A stretch of DNA of 51,506 bases, counting the filler, from Stramenopiles sp. TOSAG23-6 (taxonomy: Eukaryota), in NCBI GenBank assembly GCA_900128565.1. It is 2 parts of 2 records of this genome, joined end to end, with 100 filler letters (N's around TTAATTAATTAA, not from the genome) between each part and the next. Parts side by side here need not be neighbours in the genome. Positions count along the whole stretch, not along the records: positions 1 to 25,704 come from LT635992.1; positions 25,805 to 51,506 come from LT635993.1. One strand, given 5' to 3'. Below the pieces are notes generated by a model. That model had not been told where the DNA came from. It was given only the letters and a program-made list of their open reading frames with translations, and did not search any database. The translations under genes and the position numbers were made by a program. Every line of letters starts with the position of its first letter. Positions within the stretch are counted from its first letter, which is position 1. Below are positions 22,533-32,300 of the stretch, in pieces.

Positions 22533-25500
22533 TCAACATACAAAAAGTTCCACGACACGGTGACTCCAATATTTCATACCATTACATAGTAAACAGGTTG
22601 CTATTGCAAACTCGCCAGATTTCAAAAATCTTGCGTAGATTTGATGCTTGAATATTTCCCCAGGTAGTATACTACCTAATGAAATGTTTCGACACCCCGT
22701 GAGAAGAACATCCTCAGAAATTCCAAATTGATTCATCGAATCAAAACATCGAATCCATTCGTTGCGGCTACCACGACATAAAAGAATTACCGATAACATT
22801 TCGATACATTCACTCTTAGCATTCATTGTATTTTTTATATCTATTTGTACAGTATAAGATTTTCCGCGAATGATTTGAAGGGTATTTGCTTTCTCTTTTT
22901 TATTTAATTCATGATTATTTTCTATGTTCAGCAAGGTAACATTAAATGTAAACCGAGAAGACATGAGCAAAGTATGTTGCAATGCAAAAAGAGATTCTTG
23001 AGATTTGTGAGGAGATATGAGTCTTTCATCATTCTTATCACTAATTTTCTTATCAATAGTGTAATCACAGGGACCTACAATAGGGATAATCGTTGTTCCT
23101 ATACGAGCATTTTTATAGTCACCTAATTTCCAATTTATATAAACACACCAGCCTTCTTTAATATTTTTACAGTAGGCAATTTCAGATTTTGGAATAGTTC
23201 TGTCTTCGAACCGAGAATTTCGATAAGTAAGAATTTCAACGCGAGATGAAGAACCAGGGTAAATAACTTTGGTGACAGTGCAAATTGATTTTTTAGTGAT
23301 AGTACGCAAGACATTTTTAGTAGTAGTAGTAGTAGTATTCATACAATCATTACTTTTACTTTTTGTATCATTATTTGCAGCATTTTGACAGTATAGCACA
23401 TCACAGTTTACTACCATTGCACATAATAAATTATTATTTATTTCAACTGTTACCTTGCATGTTTCACTATCGGTATCAACAAAAAATGAACTATTTCTTA
23501 CATCTTTTGTCATTTTATTTAAATGATTTGAGATTTTGCATTGAATCATATCAATAGAAAGATTAGGCAAGACTGGACAAATATTGAGCGACTCTAACTT
23601 GAAATGATCTCTATTTTGTAATAAAAGATCTATGGTAGAAACTCTTTTCATAGGATCTGCAAAAACGGTAGATGTATTTTGAAGAATATCAATATTATCA
23701 GTGTAATGGAATTTAATTAAAATTCGAGCCACATCAATTTCAGCAGAAAGTAAAGCATTCATTTTAAATGCAGCACCTGGCATTAGAGGTAATTTATTTG
23801 ATATTTCTTGTATTGATTTGAAGGACCATGCTATTGATCCTGTTACTACTTTACCATTAAACATATGCGATTCTGTTTTTGCCACTACTTTGCCATTTGA
23901 GATAGAAAAATTAAATAATTCGTACTTTTTCTTAGAAATATATGACGTCATAACACTAGTGCGATGAATAGATTCTATTTCAACAGTACACTGAAGATAT
24001 GATAATGAAATAGAACCTATATTTTCCGCAAGAATTGCTATTGGTTTAATTTCACCTTTTAAAAGCTCTATAGAAGTGACACCCTCTATTAACAATAAAG
24101 GATTCAGTTGCGGCGATTCGGATGCATTTAATTGATGTATAGAAACTTTATTAGCCATCGACGAATTATGTTTACTACGGAGAACTAAAAGTGGCATTTT
24201 CTTATAGACAATCATCTCTAGAGGACATGCTTTGCTTGCTCTATTTGGATCCATGCATAACGACTGTACTTTTCGTACAGATGTACGGCGTGGTGATAGC
24301 TGTATATTTGGTATTGTACTATCATTCATTGATCTGAATATGTGAGAACTCCTTCGTAATTGAATGAACGAATACCCAAGGGTAAGCATCTGACAACCTG
24401 TGATTTCAACACGACCTGGCATCAAGGCTTTCGCAGATAAGACAATTGTCATTGTCGTTTTTGCATTTATTGTAAACGCAACAACGAAAGCCTCTACAGG
24501 CGCTCCACCTTCTGCATATGACATTTGTAAAGAATCAACAGGTAGGGCAATACTTAAAGGATTATACAAAGTAACTTCAACATTAAACACTTCATCTGTT
24601 ACCCATTGTACTGTTTTAGTTTTTTTTACTTTTTTATGAGACTGAAATGGATTATATTCAAGTACACGGGGTTTATTATTCGCACACTGTTCTGGAAGAT
24701 CCATACTTCCATTATTTGAGATATCACCGCCGACATTGGATTTATCAGTATTTATAGGCATTGGTTGATGATTTTTTCTAATATGACAGAACTCAAAGCC
24801 AAGTAAAATTGGAATACCATTAAATCCATTTTGATGATCAAGAATATTCTTTCTTTCATCGAAGCTTTCCTTTTGTGTTTTATCTACGTTTTTATCTATA
24901 ATTATCTCTTCTTTGAAATGATAATTGTAACACATTGAGTATGTTTTGTAGGAAGATAGATGTATAGAACAATGGCGTAACTCTCTGAAAATACTTTTTT
25001 GCTTAGCCGTATTTAAAACTTCGCTAATTGAGCCAAGTTTTAAAAGCCGCATCCCATGGGCTATCACTAAATTATATTTAGCAAGTGACCAAGCTAAATT
25101 CATTAACGATCTCAACAACAAACATTGCAACGAAGGTGAGCCAAGATTATTGTAATAATTTTTACATGTATAGTGAAAAAATATATATTTTCTAAATTTG
25201 TTAGGTACGAAATTTCGTAGGAAAAAAAAGTTCGAAATTGAAAAACAATAATTCTTACATGTTTTGTGCATTTTATCGCTTTGTTTTGTACTGCTGATAT
25301 CTTTCAATATTTGATTTTCTTCAACAATTTTGGATGTTTCTAATTCAATTGTAGGAATAGCTGCACATTGAATGGCAACAGACATTTCTAAAGCATATGC
25401 TCGAGATATTCGTATTGTATCACTCATCTTTAAATTTTTACTCTGTACAATTAATGAATTGCGTTTTTGAAGGGTAAAACTTGGAGAACTCTTGAACGAT

Positions 25501-25704
25501 TTGACAGACACAACACTACCAGAATTTTTAGTTATAGTATTGAAATTTTCTGGTATATTTTCATTCACGTTTGAATGTGTTGAATGTAAAATTTTGCGAG
25601 ATAAAATATGTACGGCAATGTGTTTAAAAAGTGCAAATCTTTTCATCATTTTTAATTTTTTTGATTCTTCTGCGCAGATTAATGCAACTTCGACCATATC
25701 ACTA
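22533..25704 (-). CDS. TRAPPC9: TRAPP II subunit TRAPPC9/Trs120-like, 5'-partial at contig edge
   Basis: YNPF...QWVTDE...VEVTLYNPL...L...PGRVEITGC resembles the Trs120 region; intron 25166-25258 is read through in frame by the ORF track. Confidence 0.6.
25166..25258 (-). mobile_element. Introner-like intron, GT...AT, 93 nt, in frame
   Basis: Core CCTACGAAATTTCGTACCTAAC; end CACTATAC-AT. Confidence 0.8.
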
Positions 25705-25804
25705 NNNNNNNNNNNNNNNNNNNNNNNNNNNNNNNNNNNNNNNNNNNNTTAATTAATTAANNNNNNNNNNNNNNNNNNNNNNNNNNNNNNNNNNNNNNNN
25801 NNNN
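25705..25804. other. Artificial contig spacer (N44-TTAATTAATTAA-N44)
   Basis: 100-nt N run containing a linker with stops in all six frames; flanking contigs are 25,704 and 25,702 bp, consistent with size-sorted concatenation. Confidence 0.92.
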
Positions 25805-25857
25805 TTGTACCTAACAAATTTTAGTTTTTTTTTTTGAAATATTTTTCCAAAATACAT
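25805..25857 (+). mobile_element. Introner-like intron, 3' part (mirrored at 51454-51506)
   Basis: TTGTACCTAAC...TTTGAAATATTTTTCCAAAATAC-AT. Confidence 0.8.
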
Positions 25858-26196
25858 GTCATTGTTGATGCATTGCATCGTGGGGACGTCCTCGCAGCAT
25901 TATGCCAAGAAACATTTGTACGTTGTCCATTGTACTTTGAATTTTTGATTATGAAAATTTCGTACGTACCTGACGAAGTTTTTTTTTACCGAAAAAAAAA
26001 ATATTTTTTCACAATACATATTTGTTTTATTTTTTTGAATTTTGAATTTATTTTTTTTCCGTACCAAATTTTATACCTAACAAAAAAACAAAAAAACAAA
26101 ATATTTTTTACAATACTTGGCGATCATAGCATTGTTCAACGGAAAGAATTATCGACTTTGGAAGTTTCAACACCACAAGGCCCTTCAAAAATATAG
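25858..26196 (+). CDS. 3' end of an unknown gene (exons 25858-25917 and 26119-26196); mirrored at 51115-51453 (-)
   Basis: VIVDALHRGDVLAALCQETF|GDHSIVQRKELSTLEVSTPQGPSKI* after removing the tandem introner. Confidence 0.5.
   Translation, partial: VIVDALHRGDVLAALCQETFVRCPLYFEFLIMKISYVPDEVFFYRKKKYFFTIHICFIFLNFEFIFFPYQILYLTKKQKNKIFFTILGDHSIVQRKELSTLEVSTPQGPSKI
25918..26118 (+). mobile_element. Two introner copies head-to-tail (25918-26019 and 26020-26118) forming one GT...TT intron
   Basis: Two complete core and (C/T)ACAATAC ends with no exon between; TT on both outer flanks. Confidence 0.75.
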
Positions 26197-26276
26197 TGTA
26201 AAGTTTAATTTTTTGGTTTTGTTTAGGTACAAAAAATCGTAGGAAAAAAAAAAAAACGTGTAAAGTTTAAACGAAA
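26191..26276 (-). mobile_element. Degenerate introner copy downstream (presumed 3' UTR) of the WW/EF-hand gene; mirrored at 51035-51120
   Basis: CCTACGATTTTTTGTACCTAAAC...TACACTAT-AT on the minus strand; donor end eroded. Confidence 0.55.
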
Positions 26277-26355
26277 TAAATTTATTTTTTTGTCTGAAAA
26301 TATTTGCTAAAAGCACATCTTCGAATTTATCTTTTACATTTCTTTAATTTTGAAT

Positions 26356-29300
26356 CTATGACAAAGTAAATGAAGGATTCCCGAAACTACTTAGGCCCAT
26401 CTTTGAAGCCAATTTTCGACCTTCATCGGATCCAAATGTCGGACGATTTCGTGCTCCAAAGCGACGATTTTTTTTCCTTTGATTTATTTTAACCTGTTTC
26501 GGAAATGGTTTTTTACAAGTGTCATGTATTACAGGGCGTATTGCAGGTAAATAATATTTATCTGGTTGTTGTATATTCAATATTTTTCCTGTATATTTTG
26601 GTTTTCTACTTTGGCGACGTCGTGATTTCGTGTGTATAAATGTATTGTCTTTAGGATCTGCATCTGATTTTAATTTTTTAAGTCTCAAACGAGTCAACAT
26701 ACCACGAGCTAATGACTGTATACATGAAGCAACTTTATTATGTAATGCAGTCTTCTCTCGCGACATTCTCATACATCTCAATTGACCAATTGGAGATAGT
26801 TCAGCCCAGTCTAATCCAAATTCCATTGAAAGTATTGTGTTTATTGTAGAAAATGATATTGGTTTCAGCTTTTCTTTTAATATAAAAGAAGGATGTGCTT
26901 TAGATTGATGATTTCTTCTGAAAAAACTAGCATTGTCAACATCTTTAATATTGAAAGCTTTATCGGTATTAAGATTATCAATACATTGGTCATTTTGTTG
27001 AAGTTTTTGTCTTGATTTTTGCAATAACATCATTTCCCTCGCTTTTTCTGCCCCAAATTTCAAAAGTTTCATACGGGCTTCATCTTTCAATAATAATGGT
27101 CCAGGTTTCATATACGTTTTTTCATTTGTAGTTTTGTTAATGTAGTAATACCGCATCTTCTTGTGATTATAAATTTCGCGCCATTTTGATGTATTCTGGA
27201 AACTACTAATCTCTGCTTTGATATACACCAAAACTTGTTCTGCATATTTGAATGCACGTCGTGCCGCTCGAGCTGCAATTCGAGCGGCTCTTGCAGCATT
27301 TTGCAGTTCTTGTCTACGCACTTTCTTTACGCGGATTGCTTCTGAAATTGCTAAAGAACTTTTTGTAGATGCAAATGAAGCTGCATCACATGAAATAATT
27401 ACAGCTCTTTGTATTGCTACAGTAATAGCTTCTTGGCGTATACGTAATTCCTCTTGCACTTTATCATTAGCATTAGCTGCAATATTCGAAAAGTGACGAG
27501 CAATTGTTGAACCAACATATGCCATTGCTACTGCTGAAGATAAGGCGCTACTCAATGCACTTTGGTAGCATACCGTGGCAGCATCTGCCATAGATTTGCC
27601 ACACTGTCGTTCTTCAATTTTTAAAGCTACAACATGTCTACGATATGCATCTTGGTTACTTTTGATACAATCTAAAACAAAATGATCAGCTCGGTGTCTT
27701 TCCCGTCGTGCTATTAATAAAGCACTAGCAGATACGTATGCGGCTTTCGCTAATATTGGTCGAAGTCGATGCTTTGCACTTACAATACTCTGTATCGCGT
27801 TTTTTGATAATTTAAATGAATATACAGCTGCTCCTGCTGCAACATACGCCGCTATCGCTACTTCTTTACTACACTCTATCTGAATCTTTCGTTTCCGTGC
27901 TAATATTACACTGGATTTGCATAAATTAAACATAAACATAGCTTCAACTGTGGCAGATGAAGCTACAGTCGCAGCAACCTTAGCACGAGCTTTTGCCATA
28001 GCTTTTTCTCTCCATTCTTGTTGCTGTTTTACCCGCTTGATTCGACTTGCTTCCTTGGCTTTCTCTCGAGCATCTTTTTCTGCTTGTTGTGCTTTCGCGT
28101 TACGTGCATCAATCGCATTGTCATATTCTGCTTTTCTTTTATGGCGATCGATTCGTCTTTTTTCAGATATGCTTCGACTAGTTTTACATCTATCATTACT
28201 ACTAGAGTCCCACGCAACACGGGCAGCTAATGCTTCAGAATGATGGAGTACACTATTTTTCAGTTGTTCTTTCACTTTTTCATGTTCCTTTACCGCGTTT
28301 TCTAATAATGCAGTTTGAGTTTCTTCAGAATCATGTCTTACAATAGCAGCAGAAGAAAATTCATTTGCCCATTTTACATTAATTTTTCTGAATTCTTCTT
28401 CAGCTTGTTTTGCAGCAGAAATAGCTTGGATTTCTTCATGGGCAGCAGTCTCAATTAATGTCATTGCTAACATTATCTCAGCTTTAATGTAACATTGTAG
28501 TGCTGCTTCACTGGCAGTTGCTGCGATATACCAAGCAATACTTGATGTTTTATCTCCTATAGTATTTTCCACAGCCAATTGTGATGCTTTTACAACTTTA
28601 TTATAATCATCTTTTGCGTTCTGATACATTTCATGTTTTAGCCTTGAATTTGTTTCAACATTCTCTAGAGTTTTTATAGCAGCAACTTTTGCTGCATTCT
28701 TTATATTACACTGCCATTCAAGTTGCTGTCGTAAATGAGATAGTTTACTCTTTTGAATACTTGCTCTCAATTTAGCTTTCCTTGCCGATGCTTCCAACGC
28801 CTTTTTTTGTGCACATACCTGTAGATAGGAATGTATTTCTTCTTCCTCAAGTTTTTTTACATTGTACATTGCATTTGCAGCGTCATAATCCAGCGAGGAA
28901 ATAGCTAATGCTTCTTTTGCATTTCTCAATTCTTCTTCCTTTAAAGTAGTTTTTTGCTTTGCAAAGTTTACCTCCTCATTTAAATTTTGAGTTGTTTCAA
29001 ATTCTAGAGCAGTCAATTTTTTTAAATTTTCCGATATTTTGTCAAAAACAGCTGCAGCTTCAGGCTTATTAGAATCCAATGTACTTTGAAGATATCCGTG
29101 TGCAGCAGTGGCTTCTGCTTCGACTTCTAGACGCCTTTGTCGCTTCATTGCTAATATTTCATCTCGGGAACATTCTGTTTGAATTTCAAAAGCTACTGCA
29201 GAAGCCTCCTCTTCTTTAATACGTTGAAGTGTAGCTGATAAACTCTCACGTATTTTCGCTGCATTTTCTACATTAGCTTTGGCATTCGTGCGCTCTAATT

Positions 29301-32300
29301 TTGCAGTTTCTATTCGTTTTTTAAGAGCAGCAGCTTCTTCTTCTGCTACTCTTTTGGCAGCAGCTGCCTCTTCTGCTTTCTTGCATGCAATACGCTTTGC
29401 CTCCCACGCCGCTTTTGCATGTTTAGCTTCTTCCTTTGCTTTACGAAGTTCTTCTTCGGCAGCTTCTATCTCGATAATTTCTTTCTCGGTTGCTTCGTTT
29501 TCAACATTATCTATCTCTGTAGTTTTCTTTTTCATTTCATTTACATCATCTATATGTTCATCATGTAATCTCATAGTTCCAATGTCAGTTTTGTTTTGTC
29601 TGTCTTCACCAATTGTTCTTCCTTCTGTATGATCTAAAATTTGCGATTGTTTTCTTAATCGCTTCAACTTTTCAGCTGCTATATTACAGGTTTTATTCAA
29701 TGAAAATGCTGTGAATGCTAAATGATCTCTTTCATTTTCTAACTCAACTTGTTGCATAATTGTATTACGACTCGATTGTATAGCTTCTTCTTCCTTAAAT
29801 GCTTGCTGTTTTGCATTCGTCACATTCGTGAGTTTTTGATTCGCATCATTTTGTGCTGCTTCCCAATCTTTTTGAACTTTTGTACATTTTAAAGCAACCT
29901 TTTTTGATTCATTCTCTGTTTGTTGAAGATCCTTTTTGGCAGATAATACATCAGCACTATTACTTGTGCACATAGATTTAATTCGCTGTCGCTCTGTCTC
30001 AATCGCTATTAACTCTTCTTCAATGCGAGACTGTAACTTTTCTGTTTCTCTAGCACCAACAACATGAAAGCTTTCAATTTTCAAAGTTTCTACGTTTGCT
30101 TCACGTTTGGATAATTTTATTGTTGTCAAACGAACTTTTTCCTCAACTTTTACTATTGCATTCGACAGAATATTTTGAGCATCACACACGTTGTTTTCAC
30201 ATATACTCAATTCAGATTGTAGGGATTCGACTTCGTGACGAAGACTTTCTTCTTTCTGAGCTGCAAGTTCGCAATCTTCTTTTACCCTTGATATCCATGC
30301 AGATGATACTGATTTTGCTTTCATTGCATTCTTGAGCAATATTTTCAAAGCACCGTTTTTTTTCACCGGACGCTCGCTTTCGACAGTATACGCCTGTGCT
30401 TTCATTATTGCGTGATTTATTGATGTTTCAGTTTCATCTAAAACTAGCTTTATTGCAATAGATGCTGTGATTGCGACATTGGCAGACTCTTGGATATATT
30501 GAGCTAAACATATTTTCTTCTTTTCGATTTCTATAAAATTCTCTATCTCTACAATATCTCTCTCAAGTGTAGATGCAAATTCTGTGACACAGTTTGCAAT
30601 GGATTTAGCTATGATAATTGCATTTTTCATAACCAACTTGTCTTCCGTTTCATCTTTAGGAGTAACATTACCTGATTTGTATGTTCTGGTTTTCAACTTG
30701 CAACGGTGACCTAATAATTTTCTAAACATTTGAAGAATAAAGTAATTTTCATCAATTTTGATTAAATCAACGCGACTACCTAAATTTTTCAGCAGTGATA
30801 GCACATGCTCATGTTCATCAATCCCATTGATTTCACTACTTTCACCAATCGCACGAGAACTATTAATCTCATCAATCGAAATAATTTTTGCCACAACATT
30901 TTCTTCTCCTATTGATTCAGTGGCATCTATTTTACTATTGTCTACATCACTGATCTTTGTCTCTATTGAATCAACGATACTATTGTCTACATCACTGATC
31001 TTTGTCTCTATTGAATCAACGACACTATTGTCTACATCACTGATCTTTGTCTTTATTGAATCAACGAAATCTAGCTCTGTTTCATTGATAGTTTCAGTAT
31101 CAGTATCATTTTTTACATTTTCTACTTTCGGCACAACATTTTTCAAAATATTTCCATGCAAGCCCACCAACTTCATTTTGTTCAGCGCAGATTTTATTGC
31201 TGTTGGCGGGTTTCTTTGTTTTTGAAACCACTCTTCAACATATTTATACGTTATTTTCGCTGCCTCTACGATACTAACTTTTCCATCTGCATTTGAATCT
31301 GCAGAAGAAAGCAACGCGTCAAGTTGTTCATCATTCATCGGAATGATTTTACCATCTATTTTAAAAGCGTCTTTTACCTGCATATCAAATATAACTTGCT
31401 GAAATTCACTACTTGATATAAAACCATTATTATCAGCATCATACGAAGTAAATAAAGATTGTATATGTTTTTGTCGTTCTATTGAATTTAATTTACCATC
31501 AATTTTTTTGAGTAATTCCACTGGCACATCTGGTTTGTTCCATTGACACTGGCCAGTAACAATGCACCAATAATAAGTATGACCATCAGCATCAATGTGC
31601 TCTTCCCATTCGTGTTTTTGGGGTTGCTTTATTAAAGGCGCGGAGGTACCACTTGGTTTTGTAAAACCCATTATTTTGAGTTTTTTCATTGCCGATTGCA
31701 TCGCTTTTGGTGGTTCTCGATTATTGCTTGCAAGCCAATGTTCTACTTTTGTCTTTGTTAAAAGTGTTGCTTCATCTATACTAACCTTTCCATCACCATT
31801 ACCCATTTTATCTGCCATTAACAATAACTGTTCTAGCTCATTGTCAGGTATTGAAAGAGCAAATGCAATTTGCATATCTTGTAGTGCAGCGCGAAACTCT
31901 CCAGGGGATATAAAGGAACTATTATCTTTATCATACTTTTGAAATAATGTTTTGAGTAGAATTTGTCTTTCTTCCTCAGTTTCTTCATGTTTTCGAAGCA
32001 TCAAATGTTTTGGTATCCCAGCAGGATACTCCCATTGACTTGTATTTGTGTCTGTATTGAAGAAGAAAAGTGTTCCATCTTCAGCTTTATGCTCTTCCCA
32101 CTTTCCTAGTAAACTTCCCCCAGCTTTAGCAAAATCAAATTCGCTCAATCCCCAAACATTCATCTTACTTATTGAAGATTTTATCACATCCTTTACAGAA
32201 TATTGCCTAGATTTGAGCCAAACTTTGATTACATTATGTGTCAGCTGTGTTGCTTCCACCAGATCGACCTTACCATCATTATTAGTGTCTGAAAATGACA

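Larger units (their letters stand above)
25805..29983. repeat. Inverted duplication, copy 1 (4179 bp), reverse complement of 47328-51506
   Basis: Mirrored ORF coordinates sum to 77311 and their translations are identical. Confidence 0.95.

Noticed and set aside
25749-25760. TTAATTAATTAA as a biological site
   Set aside because: Embedded symmetrically in Ns; artificial all-frame-stop linker
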